From Candidatus Woesearchaeota archaeon (lineage in GTDB: Archaea > Nanobdellota > Nanobdellia > Woesearchaeales > GW2011-AR4): DNA of 64,000 bases. The translations under genes and the position numbers were made by a program. The notes beneath the pieces were generated by a model. It was not told the origin of the DNA. It saw nothing but the letters and a program-made list of their open reading frames with translations, and did not search any database. The DNA lies in contig JACPMV010000002.1 in the NCBI GenBank assembly GCA_016185845.1, forward strand, positions 1,564 to 65,563, given 5' to 3'. Within the stretch, counting starts at the first letter, position 1, and each line of letters starts with the position of its first letter. This document shows positions 41,397 through 50,679 of the stretch, one piece after another.

Positions 41397-41498
41397 ATGG
41401 CATGGCTCAACAACGGCTCTGGACGGGTAAATCACACTGAACGTGGCAGCGGCTATCACATCCACATTAAAGAAAATGTTTTTATACAGAATAGTTAA
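41397..41498 (+). pseudogene. Short FG-GAP/RHS-like gene fragment
   Basis: Translates MAWLNNGSGRVNH..., sharing AWLNNGSG with the fragment at 42358-42540. Confidence 0.45.
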
Positions 41499-41509
41499 GC
41501 CAATCAGTT

Positions 41510-41848
41510 ATGAACACAACCAGAATAATAAAAGAGATTAGCTTAGGGGAATTCAAAGAAATAATCTCAAAATACAAAGATAACAGCATTCTTAACCCTC
41601 ATGCCCTTGACCATCTGAGTGATGCCCAAAGAAAATTATTTAAAGAGCAGAGCTTAATCAATCTTTTGCTGAAGGAAAACCCCAGAGGCATTGGCCTGCA
41701 GCGAAACGGGAGATATGCGGCGTTTTACAGGAGAAATTGGGGCTTCCTTAGGGTAATACTGGAAATCAAAGATCCAAAATTGGAGATAATAACGTTTATA
41801 AATACAGAGACTATGCCTAATCTAAAGAGGCTTGAAAATGGAAAATAA
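41510..41848 (+). CDS. Putative toxin, DUF4258/RelE-like fold
   Basis: 112 aa, HA motif (NPHALDHL), C-terminal IITF strand; overlaps a DUF2283-like gene. Confidence 0.55.
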   Translation: MNTTRIIKEISLGEFKEIISKYKDNSILNPHALDHLSDAQRKLFKEQSLINLLLKENPRGIGLQRNGRYAAFYRRNWGFLRVILEIKDPKLEIITFINTETMPNLKRLENGK

Positions 41849-42224
41849 ACATTTAGACGCAAGAGGAAAGGGGGAATACACATATGATTTCAGAAATGAT
41901 GTATTGCTTTTTAAGATTAAAGATAGGGACTATGCTATGTCTATAGAATTTGAAAATCTAATTGTGGATATTGACACAAAAGGCTATATTACCGGGTTAA
42001 GATTATTTGATGCTTCTCAATTATTCAAGCTGTCAAAGCTTGCTTTAAACAGCGTTAAAAACTTTGAATTTAATACAAAAGTGGAAGACAAGGTTATCAC
42101 CATACAATTAAGATTTACTTCTGTATTAAGAAATAAGCCGGTCATTAGCCATGGTCAAGATATTGTTAGGGAAACAAGCGATTCACATATAAGAAATTCT
42201 GAAGTTCTCTGTACAGTTGCCTAA
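41838..42224 (+). CDS. DUF2283-like putative antitoxin
   Basis: YDFRNDVL...IVDIDTKGYITGLRLFDAS. Confidence 0.72.
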   Translation: MENKHLDARGKGEYTYDFRNDVLLFKIKDRDYAMSIEFENLIVDIDTKGYITGLRLFDASQLFKLSKLALNSVKNFEFNTKVEDKVITIQLRFTSVLRNKPVISHGQDIVRETSDSHIRNSEVLCTVA

Positions 42225-42267
42225 AATTGAATATATTACATCTACGATGGCTTTGCTAATCTAGTTC

Positions 42268-42283
42268 TGGTACGTAAAGTTCT
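42268..42283 (+). repeat. Direct repeat, copy 2
   Basis: TGGTACGTAAAGTTCT. Confidence 0.6.
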
Positions 42284-42357
42284 AATGCATTTGTGAGATA
42301 CAAAGCCAGAACTTCAGTTGCTGTGGGTGCATATGGAATCGCAAAAGAATCTAATGT

Positions 42358-42540
42358 TTATAATGCTAATACATTCCAAGTTGAATTCTGCTTCCAGCCG
42401 CTTCCGTTGTTAAGCCACGCGTTGGAAGTTCCTCCGCTCTTTGCCTTTATCAGGTCATGAAAGCCGTCGTTATTAAGGTCGGCTATCCTCAATGCAGCAT
42501 CAATACCAGAACTTTACTTACCATTAACTATAAGTATCAT
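42358..42540 (-). pseudogene. FG-GAP/VCBS repeat remnant (RHS/SpvB-type surface toxin-like)
   Basis: MILIVNGK*SSGIDAALRIADLNNDGFHDLIKAKSGGTSNAWLNNGSGWKQNSTWNVLAL*; DxNxDGxxD motif; in-frame stop. Confidence 0.65.
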
Positions 42541-42570
42541 TTTTTGTTGGGGTATTTTTTCGAATACAAT

Positions 42571-43245
42571 TCAGCTTCTTTTCCTAACCACAATATACTG
42601 GGGCCCAAGCAGATATTTGTTGAGCTTTCCGGACGCCACTTTGCTTACAGTATTGAAAAGAATATCTAATAATCTTATGCTTGAAGGATTGAAAAAGAGA
42701 ACTTTGTGCTCAATAATATCTGCTGAATCTTTAACAACAATATCTTCCAGTTCATCAAATGACAGATACCTGTTTATTTTCCAGTACCTTGCGACTGCCA
42801 GCCCTGCAATTCGCGCAATATTATAAATATTCATAATCTTTGTCGGAGTTGTCAGGAATAAAATCCCGTTTTTCCTCAAAACCCTCAGCGCCTCATCAAT
42901 ATGATTTTTCTGGTCTTTTACGTACTCCAAAGTCCCCATGCTAAAAACCAAATCAAAGCTGTTATTATCAAAATGCAACGGCGTGTCTTTTGCAAGCACA
43001 TACTTTATGTTTTCCCGTTTATGGTTTCTATTTGCAAAATTTACCATATCTATGGAACTGTCTATCCCAGTCCCCGATGCAAATTCATTATGAAAATTAT
43101 CAAGGAATATCCCTGTTCCGCATCCAATATCAAGAACTTTCTTAGGCTTGTATTCCCGGATTAATTTTCTTATTATCTTAACTCTTATTTCAAAGAACTT
43201 AGGATTCATGTCTTTGCTGTAATCCAGCGCAATATTTGAACTCAT
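42571..43245 (-). CDS. Class I SAM methyltransferase
   Basis: LDIGCGTG, GIDSS, FDNNSFD, LTTP. Confidence 0.88.
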   Translation of the reverse strand: MSSNIALDYSKDMNPKFFEIRVKIIRKLIREYKPKKVLDIGCGTGIFLDNFHNEFASGTGIDSSIDMVNFANRNHKRENIKYVLAKDTPLHFDNNSFDLVFSMGTLEYVKDQKNHIDEALRVLRKNGILFLTTPTKIMNIYNIARIAGLAVARYWKINRYLSFDELEDIVVKDSADIIEHKVLFFNPSSIRLLDILFNTVSKVASGKLNKYLLGPQYIVVRKRS

Positions 43246-44645
43246 TTTCCAGCCTTTTTCAGCTTGGGCATTATCTCGTCGACAAGATTGAAGGAGTTTG
43301 TCAGGCACTGGTCAATGTCAACATAAAGGTATTTTCCGACCCTTCCGGTAACTTCGAAATTCGGGATTGTTTTCAGGTAATCAAATATGCCGTCAAGATG
43401 CTCCTCGTGGTCATGGTAATAGATAGGGTAAGCATACCTTGCCTTAAGCAGAAATGTCTTTTTTATCTCACCGCGCTTCACTATGCCATCCTTTTCCAGG
43501 AACTTTATGCACAAGTCCAGTACCTGCTCTTTTGTATAATTCCATATTTTTTCACTGTCGTGGCAGCTTATCTCAACTGCCACCATGTTTTCATCTTTAG
43601 GGCACAGATAAGGTGAAAATTTTCTCATTTCTGATATCCTGTTGTAAGGCCTTCCTACAAAATAAAGATATGAGCTGCTCAGGATATTCCTGTTTGGAAC
43701 AACTATATAGAGCGCTATAAACGAGAGGAATCCGATTTTTTTCGTGCTTTTTATTACATCTTCAGGCGCCTGCGGGTCAAGCATATTCACAGCAAGCGTC
43801 AGCGGAATTGTAGACACTAAAAAATCTGTTTTGAAATCCTTTGATTTCCCGCCTTTTGCTGCTGTGACAGTGAATGAGCCATCAGGATTCTTCTTTATTT
43901 TTTTGACTTCATATCCCATATGGATTTTGCCGCCAAGCTTTTTTATTTTATGGGCAATTGCGCCCAATACCATCCCTATGCCCTTGAACGGGTATCTCAA
44001 AATAAGGGTTGTTTCCCTTTCGGCAAGCGACAGGTTCTTTTTAGTTATTTTCATGTGGAAGAGCAGCTTTAGAGCCTTGAAGAATGACAATCTTGTGTTT
44101 GTTGGCAACGTTCTTGGCGCCAATTTATCGCATGGTATGCCCCAGAACTGCTCCGTATATGGCTTGAAAAATATCTTGAACAAATAATCTCCAAAATTCT
44201 TCCTTGCCCAAATTTCAAAATTTTTTTCCGGAGCCTCTTTTTTGAGCAATTTTTTTACTGATTCAAGCAGCTGCCTGCAGAAATAGCTGGAAACAATAAG
44301 GAAAGACTCGGTCAAAGGTATCTCAAATATTATGTTTTTTATATTAAGGGGGTAGTTCAGGAACTTTCCCCTGAAAAGCAATTTTGCGTCTCTTTTCAGA
44401 GTAGGCATTTCCTTTCCAAAATCCTCCTTGAAGAGCTCCGTCACCTTTTTTATTATCTCCGGCCTCTCGCTCAGGAAATAATGGGGGCCATAATCAAGAT
44501 AATAGCCGTCCTTCCTTACAGTTGCAGCCAAGCCCCCAATCTCGTTTTTTAGCTCTATTACCTCAACTGGAACTTTCTTTTCTGCCAGCTTCCACGCAAC
44601 TCCCAACCCGGAAGCGCCTCCTCCAAGCACAAGAACTTTTTTCAT
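43242..44645 (-). CDS. FAD-dependent oxidoreductase (HemY/UDP-galactopyranose mutase-like)
   Basis: LGGGASGL, IGGL, DYGPH, YTEQFWG, AYPIY, GRVGKYLY. Confidence 0.82.
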   Translation of the reverse strand: MKKVLVLGGGASGLGVAWKLAEKKVPVEVIELKNEIGGLAATVRKDGYYLDYGPHYFLSERPEIIKKVTELFKEDFGKEMPTLKRDAKLLFRGKFLNYPLNIKNIIFEIPLTESFLIVSSYFCRQLLESVKKLLKKEAPEKNFEIWARKNFGDYLFKIFFKPYTEQFWGIPCDKLAPRTLPTNTRLSFFKALKLLFHMKITKKNLSLAERETTLILRYPFKGIGMVLGAIAHKIKKLGGKIHMGYEVKKIKKNPDGSFTVTAAKGGKSKDFKTDFLVSTIPLTLAVNMLDPQAPEDVIKSTKKIGFLSFIALYIVVPNRNILSSSYLYFVGRPYNRISEMRKFSPYLCPKDENMVAVEISCHDSEKIWNYTKEQVLDLCIKFLEKDGIVKRGEIKKTFLLKARYAYPIYYHDHEEHLDGIFDYLKTIPNFEVTGRVGKYLYVDIDQCLTNSFNLVDEIMPKLKKAGK

Positions 44646-44654
44646 TTGATTTAT

Positions 44655-45761
44655 TTACCATCCATTTTTGATTGTTTTGATTATATAATCCACATCCCTG
44701 TCTGACAGGTTATTGTGCAATGGCAAAGATATATTTGTCTTTGAGAACCTATCAAGAGCAGGCAAGTCTTTTCTTAAGCCTCCAAAAATTGCATATGCAT
44801 CATTCCTCATGTGTATAATTGAAGTTTCTATGCCATTAGATGCCATTTTTTTACAAAATTTTTCCCTATTCTTAACATGCACAGTGAAAAGCTCGTTTGC
44901 GCTTTCCCGGTCACTTTTTGATTCAAGCAAGGATAATCCTTTGATTTTCTTAAAAGATTCCATGTATTTTTTAACTACTTCTCTTCGCCTGCTTTTGATT
45001 TTTTTGCATTCTTCCAGATTCGCCAAGCCAATGGCAGCATTAATATTTGTCATATGGTATCCATAGCCTCTTTCTGTTACATCAAAATCATAATAACCTT
45101 CAACTGTCGGCTTTCTGTTAATCCTGTCTATGCCGTACCATCTTCTTCTCATTGCAGACTTGAAATCCTTCTTATTCAATACTATTAAAATACCCCCTTC
45201 TCCTGCCGTAATCTGCTTTATTGCCTGGAATGAAAAGCACGTAAAGTCTGAGATAGTTCCAATGATTTTATTTTTATACTTTGCTCCAAGGGCGTCGCTT
45301 GCATCTTCGATTACTTTCATATCGTGTTTTTGCGCTATCCTGCTTATTTCGTCCATATCAGCAGGGTAGCCAGCCCAATGAGCAACAATAATCGCCTTGG
45401 TCTTTTTTGTAATCCTTTTTTCTATGTCATTTGGGTCAATATTGCCGGTTTCATACTGTATGTCTGCAAACACAGGCTTTGCGTATTGCTCAAGTATTGG
45501 GTGGTTTGTCCATGTGCATGTTTGGGCTGTCGTTATGACTTCATCTCCTGGATTCACTCCTGCAATATCCAACGCTATTTTTATCGCTGATGAGACGCTG
45601 TTTACAGCCACAGGAAACGGAATATTAAATATTGATTTGAATTTATTTTCAAAATCATTGACTTTTTGGCCCTGGCCGATCCACCTGCTTTTCATTACCT
45701 CCTCTGCATACACAATTGCATTTTTAGAAAGGTAAGGCGAGAACATGACTATTTTACTCAT
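44655..45761 (-). CDS. DegT/DnrJ PLP aminotransferase
   Basis: EDASDALG, SFQAIKQITAGEGG. Confidence 0.9.
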   Translation of the reverse strand: MSKIVMFSPYLSKNAIVYAEEVMKSRWIGQGQKVNDFENKFKSIFNIPFPVAVNSVSSAIKIALDIAGVNPGDEVITTAQTCTWTNHPILEQYAKPVFADIQYETGNIDPNDIEKRITKKTKAIIVAHWAGYPADMDEISRIAQKHDMKVIEDASDALGAKYKNKIIGTISDFTCFSFQAIKQITAGEGGILIVLNKKDFKSAMRRRWYGIDRINRKPTVEGYYDFDVTERGYGYHMTNINAAIGLANLEECKKIKSRRREVVKKYMESFKKIKGLSLLESKSDRESANELFTVHVKNREKFCKKMASNGIETSIIHMRNDAYAIFGGLRKDLPALDRFSKTNISLPLHNNLSDRDVDYIIKTIKNGW

Positions 45762-46885
45762 TACCATCCGCCCCTTATGCACTTTAAAATATAATCCAAA
45801 TCATCATTGCTAAGGTGATTGTGCAGCGGCAACGAAACATGCGTTTTTGTGAATTCAGCCAATTGCTTCAAATCCTTTCTTAATGGGCCGAAGGCGTCAT
45901 TTGCGTCTATCCTGTTATGAATCACAGAAACTTCAACACCTTTTTTCAGCATCATGGTTATGAAATCAGTTCTTCTTTCAACGTGCATTGAGAAAAGCCA
46001 GTTTGCGCTTTTTCTGTCTGATTTTCTTTCAAATAGTTTTATGTTTTTGATTTTTGCCAGCCCTTCATTGTACCTTTTTACTATTTCAGCGCGTCTTTTT
46101 AATATAGATTTTAATTCTTTCAGGTTTTCCAGTCCAAGCGCTGCTGAAAAATCATTTAGATGGTATTTGTAGCCGACTTCATTCACATTCCATAGCGGCT
46201 CTCCTAAGATTGAAGGCTTTCTGTTGTCCCTGTCAATTCCAAACCATTTTTTTCTTCTTGCCTCGTCATATTTTTCCTTGCTGTCAAGGCAGAGCATGCC
46301 GCCGTCTGCTGATGTAACATGCTTTATTGCCTGGAATGAGAAACAAGTATAAGGTGAGATTGTTCCTATAGATTTTCCCTTATAATGAGCTCCTAATGCA
46401 TGGGCTGCATCCTCAATAACCGGCAAATTGTGCTTTTTTGCTATTTCATGTATCTCATCCATATCGCATGGATAGCCTGTCCAATGGACAGGAAGAATTG
46501 CTTTTGTCTTTTTTGTTATCCTTTTTTCAATATCATTTGGGTCAATATTGCCAGTTTCATACTGTATATCTACAAACACAGGCTTTGCGAATTGAGCCAG
46601 AATTGTATGGCTTGTTGCCATCATGGTCTGGGCTGTTGTTATTACCTCATCTCCCGGCTTTACGCCTGCCATTACAACAGCAAGATGCAAAGCAGCAGTG
46701 CCGCTGTTCACAGCAACCGGGTATTTTGCGCCTGTTAATTCAGAGAACTTCTTTTCAAACTCCTTTACTACAGGGCCTTCTCCAAGATACCTGCTTTTCA
46801 GCACTTTATTTACGGCTGAGGCTGCCTTTTTTGACACATAAGGCGAGAACATTCTTATCTTAAGATTCAGCTTGCTTAAATCCAT
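45761..46885 (-). CDS. DegT/DnrJ PLP aminotransferase (tandem paralog)
   Basis: EDAAHALG, SFQAIKHVTSADGG. Confidence 0.9.
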   Translation of the reverse strand: MDLSKLNLKIRMFSPYVSKKAASAVNKVLKSRYLGEGPVVKEFEKKFSELTGAKYPVAVNSGTAALHLAVVMAGVKPGDEVITTAQTMMATSHTILAQFAKPVFVDIQYETGNIDPNDIEKRITKKTKAILPVHWTGYPCDMDEIHEIAKKHNLPVIEDAAHALGAHYKGKSIGTISPYTCFSFQAIKHVTSADGGMLCLDSKEKYDEARRKKWFGIDRDNRKPSILGEPLWNVNEVGYKYHLNDFSAALGLENLKELKSILKRRAEIVKRYNEGLAKIKNIKLFERKSDRKSANWLFSMHVERRTDFITMMLKKGVEVSVIHNRIDANDAFGPLRKDLKQLAEFTKTHVSLPLHNHLSNDDLDYILKCIRGGW

Positions 46886-46963
46886 ATTATAAACCACCCT
46901 ATACCTTTTAATTACCCTTTGTAATTTAAGAATTGTTTATAATGGTTTCTATTGGGGGTCGAA

Positions 46964-47368
46964 TCATTCACTTGCCCTATTTGAACTGCTTCCCAATTTT
47001 AGCATTATGTAAGACCCCATAAACAAATAAAGAAAGTATAGAAAAATAATCATTAAATATTCAAAAATTCTTGATTTATCAAACAATTCAGCATACTCAT
47101 TCTCAAATACTAGATAGTGAATCATTATAAAAGAAATTAAAATTAGAACGACTGCTGTCAAAATAGATGTACCTAGTGCAATATTGTCTGGTATTTTCTT
47201 TTTTAATTTATAAGTATAATAATAACCTGTAATGTATGAACCAGCTAGCACACTAATAGGCATGATATTTCTAATAATTGAAGTAATAATCAAATCAATA
47301 ATTGTTATTAGTCCTATATTAAATAAAGATAACAGGTAGAAATTGTTGTACAATTTATTTTTATTCAT
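46964..47368 (-). CDS. AT-rich small membrane protein of unknown function
   Basis: 134 aa, about four hydrophobic segments, visibly more AT-rich than its neighbours. Confidence 0.55.
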   Translation of the reverse strand: MNKNKLYNNFYLLSLFNIGLITIIDLIITSIIRNIMPISVLAGSYITGYYYTYKLKKKIPDNIALGTSILTAVVLILISFIMIHYLVFENEYAELFDKSRIFEYLMIIFLYFLYLFMGSYIMLKLGSSSNRASE

Positions 47369-47432
47369 ATCTATATAAATTTCTTAAAACTATTTAATTA
47401 TATTGGATTGAGGAATCAATTTATCCAATCTC

Positions 47433-48176
47433 TTACTTCTTATTTTTCCCGTTTCTGTTTTCCAAATTCCTCATCATTATTGATGCCCTTAATAATGAGT
47501 CAAAGCTTCCGGCATCTGACCAGAATTTCCTTATTTTGTTGTAATAAAGCTGCCCTTTCTTTACATACGCGTCCAGGGCGTCTGTTACCTCTATTTCATT
47601 TCTCCATGAAGGCTTTAGCTTGCGTATTATGCCAAATACCTTGGAATCAAACATGTAAAGCCCGGTCATAGCAAGGTTAGATTTTGGCTTTTTGGGCTTT
47701 TCCTCGACATAAGTTACCTTGCCGTCGTTGACAAGCGCTATCCCGAATTTTTTTGCATCTTCCATGCTTACTTCCTTCAGGAATATCCTAGCGCCTTCCT
47801 TCTGCTTTTCAAACTCTTTTACATAAGGAGCTATGTCTTCCTCGAATATATTGTCGCCAAGTATGACAACGCATTTGTCATCACCCACAAAATCCTTTGC
47901 CAGTCCAAGAGCCTGGCCTATTCCGCCGGCTTCTTCCTGTATCTCATAGGTGAAAGTGGCATCAAAGTTTTTTCCTGACTTCAGCAATTTAAGAAAGTGA
48001 CCTGCATGATCTGGTCCGGATATTATCAATATATTTTTTATTCCGGCCTTCAGCAGGGTATGCAGAGGGCAGTAAATCATCGGTTTCGAATAAACCGGGA
48101 GCAAATGTTTATTTGTAACAAGGGTTAATGGATTTAATCTAGTTCCTGTTCCACCAGCAAGAATAATTCCTTTCAT
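47433..48176 (-). CDS. rmlA: Glucose-1-phosphate thymidylyltransferase
   Basis: ILAGGTGTRL.P.T...NKHLLPVY.KPMI, LGDN, EEKP, WSDAGS. Confidence 0.88.
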   Translation of the reverse strand: MKGIILAGGTGTRLNPLTLVTNKHLLPVYSKPMIYCPLHTLLKAGIKNILIISGPDHAGHFLKLLKSGKNFDATFTYEIQEEAGGIGQALGLAKDFVGDDKCVVILGDNIFEEDIAPYVKEFEKQKEGARIFLKEVSMEDAKKFGIALVNDGKVTYVEEKPKKPKSNLAMTGLYMFDSKVFGIIRKLKPSWRNEIEVTDALDAYVKKGQLYYNKIRKFWSDAGSFDSLLRASIMMRNLENRNGKNKK

Positions 48177-49081
48177 TTTTCTAATATCTCCTTAATATCA
48201 AGATATTTTTTATATTTCCTATCAAGATGTAATATACTATCACGATATAGCCAATCAAATATTCTTAATGCCTGCCTATTTCCCCTATATCTTAATGCCC
48301 AATGGTTTTCGTTTTTAATATTTTGTGTTAATTTAACCATGTTCAAGTTTAAATATTTTATTAAAAAATACTGTATATCCAACAATATTTCTTTTGTGCC
48401 AACTATTTGAAACAATAAAGAATTCTTTTTATAGATGATGCTACCATCTCCCTCAAAAAATCCTTTAATGAATGATCTAACAATTTCTTCATTATCGGAA
48501 ACCTTAATTATTTCGGGAAAAAGCTCCTTTTTTGTTTTGCTTTCAGTAACGCCTAAATTCTCTAGTCTCCTTACAAGATATTTGCTAGATATTTTTAATA
48601 ATGATTGTTCATAGTATTTGTTTGTTCTCTTTAAGAAATCCTTATTTATAAAAATCTTTCCAGTATATCCAAGTAAATTCTTAATTTTTGTTAGAACTTC
48701 TATATCCTTCCTACTTAGCTTTAAGCCGAAAGAATGAGAATTTTTGGTTTTATTTATAAATCCATCACTTAATATCCACCCAAGTACCCAAGCATTATTT
48801 TGGTTAATATCATCAAAGAAATTCATATTAACTTCGTATTTTCTTGCATCTAATTTATATGTTTTATCCCTAATTGGTATCTTGTATTTGCGTAATCTTT
48901 GGCTTATGACCCATTGTGAGACTCCAAGGCTCTTTGCAATCTGATCTTGGGATTTCTTTCTTAGAATATATTCTTCAACCAAAAATTTCTTTGATATATC
49001 ATAACTATTCTTAATTCTCTCAGTGAAATTATCGCTGTTATTTATGTTTCTAAAATTTCCGTAAATGTTTTCAACTTTCAT
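48173..49081 (-). CDS. Free-standing LAGLIDADG endonuclease with N-terminal HTH
   Basis: Two motifs WVLGWILSDGFI and FIKGFFEGDGSI; HTH-like QIAKSLGVSQWVISQRL; C-terminal LDRKY; AT-rich. Confidence 0.85.
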   Translation of the reverse strand: MKVENIYGNFRNINNSDNFTERIKNSYDISKKFLVEEYILRKKSQDQIAKSLGVSQWVISQRLRKYKIPIRDKTYKLDARKYEVNMNFFDDINQNNAWVLGWILSDGFINKTKNSHSFGLKLSRKDIEVLTKIKNLLGYTGKIFINKDFLKRTNKYYEQSLLKISSKYLVRRLENLGVTESKTKKELFPEIIKVSDNEEIVRSFIKGFFEGDGSIIYKKNSLLFQIVGTKEILLDIQYFLIKYLNLNMVKLTQNIKNENHWALRYRGNRQALRIFDWLYRDSILHLDRKYKKYLDIKEILEK

Positions 49082-49119
49082 ATTTTTGGGACATTCTTGC
49101 CAATTAAAGTATGCGAAAT

Positions 49120-49134
49120 AATATAAACCTTTTC
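49120..49134 (-). promoter_or_regulatory. BRE-TATA candidate for the LAGLIDADG-rmlA unit
   Basis: Minus-strand GAAAAGGTTTATATT about 40 nt upstream of ATG 49081. Confidence 0.5.
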
Positions 49135-49169
49135 ATTTAATTTTATCTCTGAGATTTCATTTATATAGT

Positions 49170-50162
49170 TCAATAATAATGCTTCCTGTAGTATTCCTTG
49201 TATTCTCCTGATTTTATCTTCTTCCACCAATTTTGGTTGTTTTTGTACCATTTTACTGTGTCCTTAAGCGCCTGTTCAAACTTAAATCTCGGCCTCCATC
49301 CAAGCTTTCTGAGCTTTGAGGAATTAATCGAGTATCTCCTGTCATGCCCCGGCCTGTCTTTGACATATTCTATAGAGGATTCATCTTTGCCAAGCTCACT
49401 GAGCAGCAATTTTGTGATTTCAATATTTGTCTTTTCATTATCCGCTCCGATATTGTATATTTCCCCGATAGCGCCTTTGTGCATTATGAAGTCTATGGCT
49501 TCGCAATTGTCAATGACATAAAGCCAGTCCCTTACATTCAACCCGTCGCCATAAACAGGAACTTTCTTGCCTTCCAAAAGGTTGGTTATAAACAATGGCA
49601 GGAGTTTCTCAGGATACTGGTATTGGCCGAAATTATTTGAGCTTCTTGTGATTATGACAGGAACTCCAAAAGTCTTATTGTAAGACCTTGCAATCAAGTC
49701 ACCGCCTGCCTTGCTTGCTGAATAAGGGCTGTTTGGCTGCAGTGCAGACTCTTCTGTAAACGAGCCTTTTTCAATGCTTCCATAAACCTCGTCTGTTGAT
49801 ACCTGGATAAATTTTTTTATATTATGTTTTCTTGAAGCCTCAAGCAGGGTATGGGTTCCGTCAACATCTGTCCTTATGAATCTTTTTGGGTCATCAATTG
49901 ACCTGTCAACATGAGTTTCTGCTGCGAAGTTCAATACAATATCTTTGCCTTCAACCAGCTTGTCCACAATCTTTGCATCGCATATATCCCCCTTTACAAA
50001 ACTATAATTCTTATTTTTTTCTATGTCTCTTAGATTTTCTGGGTTGCCTGCGTATGTGATTTTATCAAGATTGGTTACATTATACTGAGGATATTTGCCG
50101 AGAATGTGCCTTATGAAATTAGAGCCTATAAATCCCAAGCCGCCAGTAACTAAAACCTGCAT
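49170..50162 (-). CDS. rmlB: dTDP-glucose 4,6-dehydratase
   Basis: GGLGFIGS, DKITYAGN, AAETHVD, STDEVYG, YSASKA, DRPGHDRRY. Confidence 0.93.
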   Translation of the reverse strand: MQVLVTGGLGFIGSNFIRHILGKYPQYNVTNLDKITYAGNPENLRDIEKNKNYSFVKGDICDAKIVDKLVEGKDIVLNFAAETHVDRSIDDPKRFIRTDVDGTHTLLEASRKHNIKKFIQVSTDEVYGSIEKGSFTEESALQPNSPYSASKAGGDLIARSYNKTFGVPVIITRSSNNFGQYQYPEKLLPLFITNLLEGKKVPVYGDGLNVRDWLYVIDNCEAIDFIMHKGAIGEIYNIGADNEKTNIEITKLLLSELGKDESSIEYVKDRPGHDRRYSINSSKLRKLGWRPRFKFEQALKDTVKWYKNNQNWWKKIKSGEYKEYYRKHYY

Positions 50163-50163
50163 T

Positions 50164-50622
50164 TTAGCCTCCTTCCTCAAGCCCCCAGTCATATGGAATG
50201 TCCTTGCTCTTGAAATCTATCCGGAATTCATCAGGAGTTTTGTAATCATAGGGATGTGTGCAGCAATTTATAAGGTAGCATTGCTCATTATCTTCAGATG
50301 CAAATCCATGAATGACATATGGGGGTATTGTGAGCAATACAGGATTTTTCTCTCCCATGAGTATTTCCTGCACTTTGCCTTTTGTCTTGCTCTTTTCCCT
50401 GTTGTCATACAGGACAATCTTTGCATTTCCCTTTACAACAACAAAGAAATCAGCCTGCTTTTTATGGTAGTGCCAGCCCTTTACAACGCCGGGATTGCAG
50501 ACTGTAAGGTAAACCTGCCCGAATTTCTGAAAAATAGGCTCATCGCAGCGCAGCATCTCCATCAGGTAGCCGCGGCTGTCCTTTATTATCTTCAGCTTTT
50601 TTATTTCAACGCCTTTAATCAT
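50164..50622 (-). CDS. rmlC: dTDP-4-dehydrorhamnose 3,5-epimerase family
   Basis: DSRG, KGWHYH, HGF. Confidence 0.82.
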   Translation of the reverse strand: MIKGVEIKKLKIIKDSRGYLMEMLRCDEPIFQKFGQVYLTVCNPGVVKGWHYHKKQADFFVVVKGNAKIVLYDNREKSKTKGKVQEILMGEKNPVLLTIPPYVIHGFASEDNEQCYLINCCTHPYDYKTPDEFRIDFKSKDIPYDWGLEEGG

Positions 50623-50679
50623 ATTTATTAGTTATAGGAAGATGTTTAAAAAGTTTGCTGAGGCATAGTTGCCAGTTTC

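Noticed and set aside
48173..49081. LAGLIDADG ORF as an intein or intron-encoded protein
   Set aside because: It has its own start and stop, no splice-junction residues, and rmlA and rmlB both appear uninterrupted.
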